The notes under the pieces: model-generated
What the model was told of the DNA's origin: nothing
Seen by the model: the letters and a program-made list of their open reading frames with translations, nothing else
The model's database searches: none
Part shown: piece by piece, positions 44,810 through 55,165 of the stretch
Position numbering within the stretch: position 1 is the stretch's first letter
Layout of the letters: every line of letters begins with the position of its first letter
Assembly (NCBI GenBank): GCA_965203445.1
Contig: OZ241883.1
Span: 1,920,001-1,984,000 of the forward strand
Source of the DNA: Candidatus Oxydemutator sp.
GTDB taxonomy: Bacteria; Pseudomonadota; Gammaproteobacteria; Poriferisulfidales; Oxydemutatoraceae
Length of the DNA: 64,000 nucleotides
Direction of reading: 5' to 3'
Made by a program: the position numbers and the translations under genes

Positions 44810-44913
44810 GCGCCGGGGCGTTCGGGGATATGGTAAGATGACGAACCATAACGCTGGTTCCGGTAACCGCCGATCCGGCGTTCCGATACAGGAGAAACAA
44901 AAGGAGAAACACC

Positions 44914-45093
44914 ATGATAGTGAAATGGGATGAAAACACCTGCATTCATGCGGGCAAATGTGTCCAGGGCTTGCCCACCGTATTCAAAGTGGTGGACGGA
45001 AAATTCGAGATTGATCAGTCGGGCGCCAGCGAGCAATCCATCCGCGACCAGGTCGCCGAGTGCCCGTCCGGTGCGTTGACAATCGAAGAGTAA
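44914..45093 (+). CDS. Small (4Fe-4S)-binding protein, YjdI-like divergent mono-cluster (59 aa, not in ORF track)
   Basis: Manual translation MIVKWDENTCIHAGKCVQGLPTVF...QVAECPSGALTIEE; AAGGAG RBS; CIHAGxC...CPSGAL signature. Confidence 0.85.
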   Translation: MIVKWDENTCIHAGKCVQGLPTVFKVVDGKFEIDQSGASEQSIRDQVAECPSGALTIEE

Positions 45094-45303
45094 CCCTATA
45101 CGACTGCGCGCGCCTGATGCTGTAGTCGGGCGCGTGCGCCCAAGCGGCGTTGTTTTCCTCACCAATATTTCCATTCGATGCGTGAATCCCAAGGCCACCG
45201 TTCCCGGCAACTCCCGCAACGACGGCCTTGTTCGTTCACGCTCCCCGATCAGGGAAAAATCCTCGCCGCTTCGCCGCGCGGGGTCTGAACAAAAGCGCTA
45301 GCG

Positions 45304-46383
45304 ATGTTCGATTTTTTCAGCCGCAAGAAAGACCATGACGCGGTAATCAACTCGCGCACCCGCGTCACCGTGAAGGCCGGACAGAACCTTCTGGCGGCGG
45401 CGTTGGAGGCGGGCCTGGACTGGCCGCACGATTGCCGCGTCGGCAGTTGCGGCACGTGCCGTTGCAGGCTGAAGGCCGGGAAGATAAAAGCGCTTTCCGA
45501 CTTCACCTACGTTCTGACTGGCGAGCAGTTGCGCGACGGCGTGATTCTGGCCTGCCAGGCGGCGCTCAAGAGTGACGTCGAGGTCGAGGTCGCCCTGGGG
45601 GACGGCCGCGCCGGGATTGCGACGCTGGAGCGGCGGGCCGTGCTGGCCAGGAGCAGAGCCTTGACGCACGACATCCTCGAGTTGACGCTGGCCTGCGACG
45701 AACCGCTTCCCGACGGCATCATCGCCGGCCAATACGCGGAGATCGGCTACCACGGCCTGAGCAAGCCGCGCTCCTATTCCTTTGCAAAGTCCCCCGCGAA
45801 CGAGGAGCACGCGCAGCTGACGTTCTACGTCCGCCACGTGCCGGGCGGGGAATTCACCGACTGGCTTTTCGCCGAGGACCGCACCGGCGCGCGCCTGACG
45901 GTCACGTTGCCTTTCGGCAGCTTTCACCTGCACGACGCCGACGCGCCGATGATCTGCATCGCCGGCGGCAGCGGCATCAGCGCGATCAAGGCGATACTCG
46001 AGCACGCCTGCGACGCCGGCGTCGCCCGCGACGTTTATTTTCTGTTCGGCGCGCGCGCGCAGCGCGATCTGTACTGCCGTGCCGAGATCCGCGACATCAA
46101 GGAGCGCTGGAACAAAGCCCACGCCTTCGAGTTCGTCGAGGTGTTGTCCGACGAGCCCGCGGACAGCGACTGGAGCGGGCCGCGCGGCTTCGTCACGGAG
46201 TATCTGCGCGCCTCTTATATCGAGTCGAAGCGTCTCGACGTGACGCAGTGCCAGGGCTATTTGTGCGGGCCGCCGCCGATGATAGACGCGGGCATCGAAC
46301 TCCTCACGCAATCGGGCATGCCTGAGGAGCGGATTTTCTACGACAAATTTTTGGATGCGAGCACTCTTCCCGGCGGGCGCTGA
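45304..46383 (+). CDS. 2Fe-2S ferredoxin:NAD(P)H reductase, XylA/CymAb-type monooxygenase electron-transfer component
   Basis: PHDCRVGSCGTC...LACQ plant-type 2Fe-2S domain, RSYS FAD motif, AGGSGI NAD motif, YLCGPPPM. Confidence 0.88.
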   Translation: MFDFFSRKKDHDAVINSRTRVTVKAGQNLLAAALEAGLDWPHDCRVGSCGTCRCRLKAGKIKALSDFTYVLTGEQLRDGVILACQAALKSDVEVEVALGDGRAGIATLERRAVLARSRALTHDILELTLACDEPLPDGIIAGQYAEIGYHGLSKPRSYSFAKSPANEEHAQLTFYVRHVPGGEFTDWLFAEDRTGARLTVTLPFGSFHLHDADAPMICIAGGSGISAIKAILEHACDAGVARDVYFLFGARAQRDLYCRAEIRDIKERWNKAHAFEFVEVLSDEPADSDWSGPRGFVTEYLRASYIESKRLDVTQCQGYLCGPPPMIDAGIELLTQSGMPEERIFYDKFLDASTLPGGR

Positions 46384-46413
46384 GCGCGGCCTCTGACGGC
46401 GCCCGCGCCTGGC

Positions 46414-47061
46414 TCACACCGAGGCCATCTGCCTTTCTCTGATTTCGTCCAGGGTCTTGCAGTCTATGCACATGGTCGCGGTCGGGCGCGCCTCGAGGCG
46501 GCTGATGCCGATTTCTACGCCGCATAGCTCGCAATGGCCGTACTCGTTGTTGTCTATTCGGGCGATCGCCTGGTCTATTTTCCTGAGGAGCTTGCGTTCG
46601 CGGTCGCGTTCCCGCAACTCGAGGCTGAAGCCTTCTTCCTGAGTGGCGCGGTCGGCCGAGTCCGCGTAGTTGTTGGAATCGGTTTTCATGTGGATGACCG
46701 TGCGGTCCACTTCCTGCATCAAGGCTTCTTTCCAGGAGATCATCAGCTTGCGAAAGTGTTCCAGTTGTCTGCGGTTCATGTACTTTTCGCCTTTCCTTCT
46801 CTTGTAGGGCTTGACGCCGCCCGCCGCCGCGCCGCCGCGCCGCGCGGGCGTACGCGCGCTGGTTTTCTTTCTGGTCGCGGCGGTTTTTCCGGCTGCGCTC
46901 GCGGGCGCCTTGCCGGCCGCGTGCGCGCTCCTGGGCGCTCGCTTCTTGGGCGCCTGCTTTTTGGCGGGCGCTTTTTTGGCGCCGGGCGCCTTTTTTTTGG
47001 CGGCGGTCACGGCGGTTTTGCGCGTGACTCTCCTGGTCGCTTTCTTGATTGTCTTTGGCAT
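46414..47061 (-). CDS. dksA: RNA polymerase-binding protein DksA with Lys/Ala-rich N-terminal extension
   Basis: DSADRATQEE, RDRERKL, zinc finger CELC...RLEARPTA..CIDCK. Confidence 0.94.
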   Translation of the reverse strand: MPKTIKKATRRVTRKTAVTAAKKKAPGAKKAPAKKQAPKKRAPRSAHAAGKAPASAAGKTAATRKKTSARTPARRGGAAAGGVKPYKRRKGEKYMNRRQLEHFRKLMISWKEALMQEVDRTVIHMKTDSNNYADSADRATQEEGFSLELRERDRERKLLRKIDQAIARIDNNEYGHCELCGVEIGISRLEARPTATMCIDCKTLDEIRERQMASV

Positions 47062-47115
47062 CGTTTCCTTTTATCAATTTATAGGCGGCCGCGCAAGCGG
47101 CGGCAGGGCCGGCGT

Positions 47116-48447
47116 TCAGGTTACTTTTACGGCGATTTCGCCGTCTGCGACGAGAATCTCCAAAGGCTGGTCTTTGTGCACGCTCGCTACCGAACGAATG
47201 ACGCGCCCTTGCTTGTCCGTGGCTATCGCGTAGCCACGCTTCAGGGTCGCGCGCGGGCCCAGCGCGTCCAGCCTGGCGGCCACTTTTTCCAATGCGTGCA
47301 TTTTACCCGAAACGAGTTTGTCCATCACCGACGACAATTCGCGGGCGTTGCGCCGCAGGCGACCCGTATGCATCCTGACCAGGGCACGGGGGTTGGCGCG
47401 CGCCAGCAAGGCGTTCGCGTGTCCGTAGCGCAGGCGTTCGGCGGACAGGCGATTTTTCGCACCGGCGCCGAGCCTCTCCTGGAGTTCGTCGAATTGCCGC
47501 GTCAGGTTGCGCACGCGAATCGCCGGGTGGAAACGCAGCAGGTCGTCGTGCAGTCGCTTTGCGCGCCGGCGGTCGTCGGCGACCGCGGTGCGCATGAGGC
47601 GCGCCAGCCGCCGCGCGAGTTCGAGCAGCCGGCCGCCGGTCGCGGCCGCGTCGGGACTGGCCCGCGCGGCCGCGGCCGACGGCGTCGGCGCGCGGTAGTC
47701 GCTTGCGAAGTCGGCGATCGTGAAGTCGATCTCGTGGCCGACCCCGCTTACCACCGGCAGCCGCGACGCGACGATCGCGCGCGCGACGCTCTCGTCGTTG
47801 AAAGCCTGCAAGTCCTCGAGCGATCCGCCGCCGCGCACCAGCAACAGCAGCTCGGCGGCGCCGTGGCGGTTTGCAAGCTCGAGCGCCCCGACGACGCCGG
47901 CGACGGCGCCCGCGCCTTGCACCGGCGTCGGATAGACGATCAGGCGGATCATCGCGCAGCGCTTGCGCACGACCGCGACGACGTCGCGCAGCGCGGCCGC
48001 GTCCGGCGAGGTGACGACGCCGAGCGTGCGCGGCCACGGCGGCAGCGGCCGTTTGCGCGCCTGGTCGAAAAGACCCTCGCGGTCGAGTTTTTGTTTCAGC
48101 GCCTCGAAGCGGCGCTGCAACTCGCCGACCCCGGCCGCCTCCATGCGTTCGACGATCAGCTGCAACTCGCCGCGCGGTTCGTAACAATCGGGCCTGGCGC
48201 GCACGATCACCCGTTCGCCGTTTTCGGGCGCGGCCGCAAGCGCCCGGTTTTTGCCGCGAAACATCGCGCAGCGAATTTGCGCGTAGTGATCCTTGACGGT
48301 GAAGTACATGTGGCCGGAGGCGGCGACCACGAAATTGGAGATCTCACCCTCCAGCCACAGCGGCGCGGTGTAGTCGCGCGCCAGCATCCGGCGCAGCTCG
48401 CCGAGCAGGCGGCTGACCGTATAGACGTCGGTTGTGGCGGGCTTCAT
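47116..48447 (-). CDS. xseA: Exodeoxyribonuclease VII large subunit
   Basis: [54 protein letters not shown]. Confidence 0.94.
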   Translation of the reverse strand: MKPATTDVYTVSRLLGELRRMLARDYTAPLWLEGEISNFVVAASGHMYFTVKDHYAQIRCAMFRGKNRALAAAPENGERVIVRARPDCYEPRGELQLIVERMEAAGVGELQRRFEALKQKLDREGLFDQARKRPLPPWPRTLGVVTSPDAAALRDVVAVVRKRCAMIRLIVYPTPVQGAGAVAGVVGALELANRHGAAELLLLVRGGGSLEDLQAFNDESVARAIVASRLPVVSGVGHEIDFTIADFASDYRAPTPSAAAARASPDAAATGGRLLELARRLARLMRTAVADDRRRAKRLHDDLLRFHPAIRVRNLTRQFDELQERLGAGAKNRLSAERLRYGHANALLARANPRALVRMHTGRLRRNARELSSVMDKLVSGKMHALEKVAARLDALGPRATLKRGYAIATDKQGRVIRSVASVHKDQPLEILVADGEIAVKVT

Positions 48448-48592
48448 CGTCGTTTGCCGGAGGCGTCGCTGTGGTGGTTCCGGGTGCGGGGTTTCGGGTC
48501 GCGCCCCCGGGAGGTCTCCTTCGGGGTATGCTAAAATTGTATTGTCGCATAGGCCGGGGCATTTCCATACCCGGCTTGTTCGATCCGGTATC

Positions 48593-50053
48593 ATGGAACG
48601 CTTACGGGAAGCCCTCACTTTCGACGACGTTCTCCTGGTGCCCGGCTATTCCGAGGTGCTGCCCGCCGACACCGACCTGCGCACGCGCCTGACGCGCGAG
48701 ATTTCCCTGAATATCCCGCTGGTGTCGGCGGCCATGGACACCGTCACCGAAGCCGCGCTTGCGATTGCGATGGCCCAGGAAGGCGGCCTGGGTTTCATCC
48801 ACAGGAACATGGCGCTCGAGCGACAGGCGGACGAGGTCAGGCGCGTCAAGAAATTCGAGAGCGGCGTCATCAGCGACCCGATTACCGTGCCCCTCGCGGC
48901 CACGGTCAGCGAGGTTCTCGCACTGATGAGGCAACACGACGTCTCCGGCGTGCCCGTGGTCGAGGGCAAAAACCTGGTCGGCATAGTTACCCACAGGGAC
49001 CTGCGTTTCGAGGTGCGCATGAACGAGGCGGTGGCCTCGGTGATGACGCCCAAGGAGCGCCTGGTCACGGTCGCCGAGGGCGCCGACAAGGACGAGGTGC
49101 TGCGCCTGCTGCACGAGCACCGCATAGAGAAAATGCCGGTGGTCAACGATGAGTTTCAGTTGCGCGGACTGATCACGGTCAAGGATTTCCAGAAATCGGT
49201 GCAATATCCGAACGCCTGCAAGGACGCGAGCGGGCGCCTGCGCGTCGGCGCCGCCGTCGGCATAGGCGGCGACACCTTGGAGCGCGCCGGGGCGTTGATT
49301 GCGGCCGGGGCCGACGCCATCGCGGTCGACACCGCGCACGGCTTCGCCCGCAGCGTGCTGGACGTCGTGCGCGACCTGAGGGCGGCCTTTCCCGAGGCGC
49401 AGATCGTCGCCGGCAACGTCGCCACCTCGGAGGCCGCGGCGAAACTGGTCGAGATGGGCGCCGACGCGATCAAGGTGGGCATAGGCCCAGGCTCGATCTG
49501 CACGACGCGCATCGTCGCCGGCGTCGGCATTCCGCAGTTCACCGCGATTCGGCAGGTGGCCTCGGGCGTGGGCGAGGACACGCCGGTGATCGCCGACGGC
49601 GGCGTCCGCTTCTCGGGCGACGTCGCAAAGGCGCTCGCCGCCGGCGCCTCGGCGGTCATGATCGGCGGCCTGTTCGCCGGCGCCGAGGAGGCGCCCGGCG
49701 GCATCGAGTTGTACCAGGGGCGCTCGTACAAATCCTACCGCGGCATGGGTTCGCTGGCGGCGATGCAACGCGAGGTCAGCGACCGCTATTTCCAGTCCGC
49801 CGCCGACGCCGACGGCGCTAAGCTCGTGCCCGAGGGCATCGAGGGCCGCGTTCCGTATTGCGGCGTCCTGTCCGACATCGTCTATCAGTTGCTGGGCGGC
49901 GTGCGCTCGAGCATGGGCTATCTGGGTTGTGCCGACGTGCGCGAGATGCATCGCAAGGCGAGTTTCGTGCGCATCACCGCGGCGGGCATGAAGGAGAGCC
50001 ACGTCCACGACGTGACGATCACCAAAGAGGCGCCGAATTACCACGCCGGCTGA
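48593..50053 (+). CDS. guaB: IMP dehydrogenase
   Basis: [42 protein letters not shown]. Confidence 0.96.
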   Translation: MERLREALTFDDVLLVPGYSEVLPADTDLRTRLTREISLNIPLVSAAMDTVTEAALAIAMAQEGGLGFIHRNMALERQADEVRRVKKFESGVISDPITVPLAATVSEVLALMRQHDVSGVPVVEGKNLVGIVTHRDLRFEVRMNEAVASVMTPKERLVTVAEGADKDEVLRLLHEHRIEKMPVVNDEFQLRGLITVKDFQKSVQYPNACKDASGRLRVGAAVGIGGDTLERAGALIAAGADAIAVDTAHGFARSVLDVVRDLRAAFPEAQIVAGNVATSEAAAKLVEMGADAIKVGIGPGSICTTRIVAGVGIPQFTAIRQVASGVGEDTPVIADGGVRFSGDVAKALAAGASAVMIGGLFAGAEEAPGGIELYQGRSYKSYRGMGSLAAMQREVSDRYFQSAADADGAKLVPEGIEGRVPYCGVLSDIVYQLLGGVRSSMGYLGCADVREMHRKASFVRITAAGMKESHVHDVTITKEAPNYHAG

Positions 50054-50070
50054 GCACGGACTTGCGGCAC

Positions 50071-51621
50071 ATGCGCGAGGCGCGGACACAAGACAAAGTC
50101 GCAATCATAGATTTCGGCTCCCAGTACACGCAGCTGATCGCGCGTCGCGTGCGCGAGATCGGCGTCTATAGCGAGATTTTTCCGTACACCGCGCGCGCCG
50201 GCGAAGTGCGCGGGTTCGCCCCCAAATGCCTGATTCTGTCGGGCGGCCCCGAGTCGGTGACCGTGGGCGAGGCGCCGCAGCCCGGCTTCGACGTCACCTC
50301 CCTCGGCGCGCCGGTGCTCGGCATCTGCTACGGCATGCAGTGGCTGGCCTCGCACCTGGGCGGCAGGGTCGAGGCCGCCCGGCACCGCGAGTTCGGCAGC
50401 GCCGACGTCACGATCACGAGGCCGACGCGGCTACTCGGCGACGGCGGCGCCGGCGCGTTGCAGACGTGGATGTCGCACGGCGACCGCGTGACCGCGCTGC
50501 CGCCCGGTTTTGCGGGCGTGGCCCGCAGCCGCTCCTCGCCGATCGCGGCGATGGCCGACGAGCAGCGCGCGATCTACGGCTTGCAGTTTCACCCGGAAGT
50601 GGCGCACACGCCGCGCGGGCCGGAGATCCTGCGCCGCTTCGTGTGCGACGTCGCCGGCTGCCGGCGGAATTGGGTCGCCCGCGGCATCGTCCACGAGAGC
50701 GTGCGTCGCATCCGCGAGCGGGTCGGCGGCGAGCAGGTGGTGCTGGGGCTTTCGGGCGGCGTGGATTCCGCGGTCGCGGCGCTGCTGATACGCCGGGCGA
50801 TCGGCGATCAGCTGCACTGCGTGTTCATAGACAACGGCCTGTTGCGCCACGGCGAGCAGCGGCAAGTGCGCGATACCTTTTCGCGGCATTTCGGCGTGGA
50901 CTTGCGCGTGGTCGAGGCCGCCGACGTCTTTTTGAAAAAACTGCAAGGGGTGACGGATCCCGAGCAAAAACGCAGGATCATCGGCGCCCTGTTCGTGGAG
51001 TTGTTCGAGGAGCAGGCGCGCACCATCGAAGACGCGCGTTGGCTGGCGCAGGGCACGATCTATCCCGACGTGATCGAGTCGGCGAAGCGCCAGGGCGCCC
51101 ACCTCATCAAGTCGCACCACAACGTCGCCGGACTGCCGGAGAAGATGCGGCTGAAACTGTTGGAACCGCTCGCCGGGTTGTTCAAGGACGAGGTGCGCGC
51201 GGTCGGCGCCGAGTTGGGCCTGGCAGCCGAGTTTATAAGCCGGCATCCTTTTCCGGGGCCCGGCCTCGCGGTGCGCGTGATCGGCGAGATCGACGCCCGG
51301 GCGCTCGACCTGTTGCGCCGCGCCGACGCCGTCTTCATCGAGGAACTGCGCAGCCGCGGTCTGTACGAGCGGGTGGCCCAGGCGTTTGCGGTTCTTCTGC
51401 CGGTGCGCTCGGTCGGCGTCATGGGCGACGGCAGGCACTACGGGCGCGTCGTCGTGCTGCGCGCGGTTGAGACCGACGACTTTATGACCGCGCGCTGCGC
51501 CCGCTTCCCCGACGGTTTCATCGAGGGCGTGTCGCACAGAATCGTCAATGAGGTGCCGGGCGTCTCGCGCGTCTGCTACGACGTGAGCGGCAAGCCGCCG
51601 GCCACCATCGAGTGGGAATGA
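50071..51621 (+). CDS. guaA: GMP synthase (glutamine-hydrolysing)
   Basis: [48 protein letters not shown]. Confidence 0.97.
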   Translation: MREARTQDKVAIIDFGSQYTQLIARRVREIGVYSEIFPYTARAGEVRGFAPKCLILSGGPESVTVGEAPQPGFDVTSLGAPVLGICYGMQWLASHLGGRVEAARHREFGSADVTITRPTRLLGDGGAGALQTWMSHGDRVTALPPGFAGVARSRSSPIAAMADEQRAIYGLQFHPEVAHTPRGPEILRRFVCDVAGCRRNWVARGIVHESVRRIRERVGGEQVVLGLSGGVDSAVAALLIRRAIGDQLHCVFIDNGLLRHGEQRQVRDTFSRHFGVDLRVVEAADVFLKKLQGVTDPEQKRRIIGALFVELFEEQARTIEDARWLAQGTIYPDVIESAKRQGAHLIKSHHNVAGLPEKMRLKLLEPLAGLFKDEVRAVGAELGLAAEFISRHPFPGPGLAVRVIGEIDARALDLLRRADAVFIEELRSRGLYERVAQAFAVLLPVRSVGVMGDGRHYGRVVVLRAVETDDFMTARCARFPDGFIEGVSHRIVNEVPGVSRVCYDVSGKPPATIEWE

Positions 51622-52103
51622 GGCACCCGGCGCCCGGGCCGGCGCCCGAAGCGGCGCGCGACGATTTCCATTGTATGCGGCTTGCGTTGGCCGAGGCGCG
51701 CGCCGCCCAGCGCCTGGGAGAGGTGCCGGTGGGCGCGGTGGTCGTGCATCGGGGCGCGGTCATAGCGCGTGGGCGCAATACCTCCATCGCCGACGGCGAT
51801 CCGTCGGCGCACGCCGAGATCGTCGCGTTGCGCGCGGCCGGGCGCCGGCTGGCCAATTACCGCCTGAACGACGCCGTGCTCTACGTGACCCTGGAACCCT
51901 GCGTGATGTGCTTTGCGGCGATGGTGCACGCGCGCATCGCGCGCCTGGTCTATGGCGCGGCCGATCCGGCGACGGGCGCCTTGAGCGGCGCTTTTCAACT
52001 GGAAGGCCACCCGGCTTTCAACCATGCTTTTGCGGTGACCGGCGGCGTGCTCGAGGCCGAATGCGGCGGCGTGCTCAAGGCTTTCTTCGACGCCCGGCGA
52101 TAG
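51618..52103 (+). CDS. tadA: tRNA adenosine(34) deaminase
   Basis: [19 protein letters not shown]. Confidence 0.93.
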   Translation: MRHPAPGPAPEAARDDFHCMRLALAEARAAQRLGEVPVGAVVVHRGAVIARGRNTSIADGDPSAHAEIVALRAAGRRLANYRLNDAVLYVTLEPCVMCFAAMVHARIARLVYGAADPATGALSGAFQLEGHPAFNHAFAVTGGVLEAECGGVLKAFFDARR

Positions 52104-52127
52104 CCGCCGGCGCGTCGCGGCACAATC

Positions 52128-53603
52128 TCACAGAGGCGCCGGCGCAACGGCGTTCAGGCGCGCCGGTCTCGGTATCCTGGTGGAAACGTCGCCTTCGAGC
52201 CGGTCCATCAGGCGCCGGTAGCTGCGGATGTTTCTGACGTAGAGCAGCGTGTCGCCGCCGCGCGGTTTGCCGTGGCGCGCGGCGCGGTACCAGCGCGGCC
52301 GTTGCAACAGGCGCAGCGCTTTTTTCAGATCCGGCCACGACGCGGGGTTGGCGCCTTGGCGCGCGGCAAGTTCCATCGCGTCCGCGGCGTGGCCGTAGCC
52401 GGAGTTGTACGCGACCAGCGCCAGCCACGTGCGATCCGGTTCGGGAACGCCGGCGGGAACCTTCTCCTTCATCGCCAGGAAATGGCGGGCGCCGCCGAGG
52501 ATGCTCGCGTAGGCGTCGGCGCGGTCTTCGACGCCGTAGTGTTCGGCGGTGTCGCGCGTCAGCATCATCATGCCCCTGACGCCGGTCGGCGACACCGCGC
52601 CGGGATCCCAGTGGGACTCTTGATAGGCGACCGCGGCGAGTAGTTTCCAGTTCACTTTGTACAGCGCGGCCGCGCGCCGGAATAGATCGCGATACTTGGG
52701 CAGTTCGGCGTCGGCCGATTCGAGAAAGGTGAGTTTGTCGGCGTACGCGAGCGGCGTTCCGTGCAGCTGGTGCTTGTCGAGCAGACGCTCGAGCTCGCCG
52801 TCGCGCTTCACGCCCTCGAAGAAATCCGCGACCGCCGCGGCCAGTTTCGTGGGCGCGTCTTGCCGCAACAGCCACGCCACCGGCAGCGCGCCCGGCACCT
52901 CGAATGCGACCTTGACGTAGGGGTAGAACGGGCGCGACGCCGCGAGTTCGCTCGAGTCGGCGATGGTGTAGCGGATCAGGCCGAGGTTGAGCCACTCGAT
53001 CAGCTCGTGCGAATCGGTGTTTTCGCGGACGTACCAGTCGCCGGCGGCGTGCGTCTTCTGCTTCGCCGCGGCCAGGGTCTCGAGGTGGCTTGGGTGGGGG
53101 CTTACGTCCACGTCTTCCAGCGCCACCGTCTCCAGCGCGGCGGGGGGCGCGTCGGGGTGGCGGTAGATGAACTGCTGGCTGACCTGGTAGTAGGGGGGCG
53201 ACGAGGCGAAGCGTTGTTCCAGCGTCTCGGTGACACTCAAGGCGCCGGCGGCGATCTGCACTTGGCCGTCCTCCAGCAGTGCAAGCGCCTCGGCGACCGT
53301 GACCGTCGGGATGATTTCGAGCGCGCCCTCGTATTCCGCCGCGAACGCCTCGAGCAAGTCGTGATCAAGGCCGACCGGGCGTTGCTCCAGCCAGTAGTAG
53401 CCGGCGGGGTTGGCGCGCACCGCGACCCTGACGCGCCCGGCGGATTCCTCCTCCTGCTCTGGCGCCGGCTGGTGGCCGCATCCGGCCAGGATCGCGGCGA
53501 TCAGAAATGCCGCTGTTTTCGGGGGGGACGTTTGCGCACGATGCCGCGCGTGCGCGCTGCGCTCTGATGTCTTGCATTTAATATGTGCTTGTTTATTCAT
53601 CAC
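52128..53603 (-). CDS. mltF: Membrane-bound lytic murein transglycosylase F
   Basis: Lipobox LAGC, SBP-like N-domain, YQESHW..AVSPTGVRGMMMLT, AYNSG; conserved position next to tadA; start uncertain. Confidence 0.88.
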   Translation of the reverse strand: MMNKQAHIKCKTSERSAHARHRAQTSPPKTAAFLIAAILAGCGHQPAPEQEEESAGRVRVAVRANPAGYYWLEQRPVGLDHDLLEAFAAEYEGALEIIPTVTVAEALALLEDGQVQIAAGALSVTETLEQRFASSPPYYQVSQQFIYRHPDAPPAALETVALEDVDVSPHPSHLETLAAAKQKTHAAGDWYVRENTDSHELIEWLNLGLIRYTIADSSELAASRPFYPYVKVAFEVPGALPVAWLLRQDAPTKLAAAVADFFEGVKRDGELERLLDKHQLHGTPLAYADKLTFLESADAELPKYRDLFRRAAALYKVNWKLLAAVAYQESHWDPGAVSPTGVRGMMMLTRDTAEHYGVEDRADAYASILGGARHFLAMKEKVPAGVPEPDRTWLALVAYNSGYGHAADAMELAARQGANPASWPDLKKALRLLQRPRWYRAARHGKPRGGDTLLYVRNIRSYRRLMDRLEGDVSTRIPRPARLNAVAPAPL

Positions 53604-53846
53604 TTATTGATCTTTTCCGGCGACGGCGCCTCTTTCCGGCGACGGTGCACCGCATATAATTTAAGTTATAGTACGACCGCAAGCCCATCCCCCGATTCGG
53701 AGCGCTCCCTCTATATACTATGCCCCGGATTGTTCTTGTCACACCCTTGTTACATATAGGGTAATTTGTGCTACTATACCCCCCATCAGATTACCACCCT
53801 CGTGGTGGTATCTGGTAATGAGTAATTACCTAGGAGGTACTCGTTT

Positions 53847-55037
53847 ATGAAAAAACTCTTAATTAATACGCGCTACTTCTTCGCGCCTCTGTTAATCCTG
53901 GTTGCCATGTTCGGCGTAATGCTGGGTGGCATATTCAACTGGGTCGGAGTTGCGTTGCTGGTAGCGGGTATATTCATCGATACCGCGATGAAGTTTCAGA
54001 GTCGGGGTGCCGGAGTTGATGGAGATGGGAATACCCTGGGTATTCCAGCGCTGCAAAACGGCGTCATGTACATCATGCTTCCGGTGTTCGTCCTGCTCCA
54101 GGTCGTCCTGGCTTGGCGCATTTTCCAGTACGTCACGGGAGTTCCGGTGGAAGTAACCGGAATGCTGTGGGGCGTATTGCCGATGACGAACGGCATCACG
54201 GGTCTGGATCTGATCGGCGCCACGTGCTCCATCGGTATCTTTGCCGGCATCGGCATTATCTACGGCCACGAACTGTCCCATACCAAGGGTTTCGGGTTCA
54301 TCATCTCGAGGCTGATGATGGGGCTGTCCGGTTCGGCCCATTTCTGCTACGCCCACGTGTATAACCACCACCTGGAACTGGCGTCGGAAGATGATCCGGC
54401 GACGGCGCCGCGTGGCCGGACGATATACGGGCACCTGCCGCTCAGCTATTTCGGGCAGTCCAAGTTTCTGCTTGAGATGGAACAGGCGCGGCTGAAGAAA
54501 ATGGGGGTTCCGTTCCTGTCGTGGCAAAACCGTTGGATTCGCGGCTTCATGATGAGCCTGCCTTCCCTGGCCCTGTTCTTCTGGGCAGGAGGCTGGGTCG
54601 GCGTAGGCTGTCTGGCCATCGTGTGGATCATTTCCAATTTTGAACTGGAAGCGTTGAACTTCCTGGAGCACTACGGCTTGATCCGCGAGAAGGGACTGCC
54701 GATAGACTATCGCCATTCGTGGGATAACTCCACGGCGTTCACGAGCTGGTTCTTCATCGAGATTGGTCGCCAGGCCGATCACCACGACCGCGGAGAAACT
54801 CACTTCTGGGAGCTGGACGAAGTGGATGCGCCCAACACTGGTTGGGGCTACTTCACTTTGTTTGCCATGGCATTGGTTCCACCGCTGTGGAAGATGTACA
54901 TGAAAAAGCGGCTGGCTGCCTGGGATGAGCATCATGCGAGCGATGGCGAGAAGGAAATCGCCCGTCGCATCAACGAAAAAACCGGTTTCGCCGGCACGGC
55001 GAAACCAGGGGATACGCTCTCCGCGACCGCGGCGTAA
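53847..55037 (+). CDS. Integral-membrane non-heme diiron monooxygenase (AlkB/XylM-like, fatty acid desaturase superfamily)
   Basis: TM helices; His boxes HELSH, HVYNHH, NFLEHYG, and IGRQADHH; DPATAPRG motif; AGGAGG RBS. Confidence 0.88.
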   Translation: MKKLLINTRYFFAPLLILVAMFGVMLGGIFNWVGVALLVAGIFIDTAMKFQSRGAGVDGDGNTLGIPALQNGVMYIMLPVFVLLQVVLAWRIFQYVTGVPVEVTGMLWGVLPMTNGITGLDLIGATCSIGIFAGIGIIYGHELSHTKGFGFIISRLMMGLSGSAHFCYAHVYNHHLELASEDDPATAPRGRTIYGHLPLSYFGQSKFLLEMEQARLKKMGVPFLSWQNRWIRGFMMSLPSLALFFWAGGWVGVGCLAIVWIISNFELEALNFLEHYGLIREKGLPIDYRHSWDNSTAFTSWFFIEIGRQADHHDRGETHFWELDEVDAPNTGWGYFTLFAMALVPPLWKMYMKKRLAAWDEHHASDGEKEIARRINEKTGFAGTAKPGDTLSATAA

Positions 55038-55064
55038 TTCACGTCCGACTGGATGTCATAATTT

Positions 55065-55104
55065 CCCGCCTGCCCCGGAACTCTCGCCGGGGCAGGTGGG
55101 CTTT
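55065..55104 (+). terminator. Strong stem-loop after the monooxygenase gene
   Basis: CCCGCCTGCCCCGG-loop-CCGGGGCAGGTGGG followed by a short T run; terminator or mRNA stabiliser. Confidence 0.6.
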
Positions 55105-55165
55105 ATGAGCGATTCGGTCAATACACTAAACAACATTTTCAGGAGTAACCTTTCAGGAGAAAATA

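Noticed and set aside
44889-44911. Duplicated AGGAGAAAC before the small Fe-S gene
   Set aside because: Short local duplication of the RBS with no evident consequence
50071-53603. guaA-associated genomic island
   Set aside because: guaA is followed directly by tadA and mltF; no integrase or guaA 3' duplication seen
53614-53648. Two-copy repeat TTTCCGGCGACGG(C/T)GC upstream of mltF
   Set aside because: Only two short units; cannot distinguish a binding site from a slippage duplication
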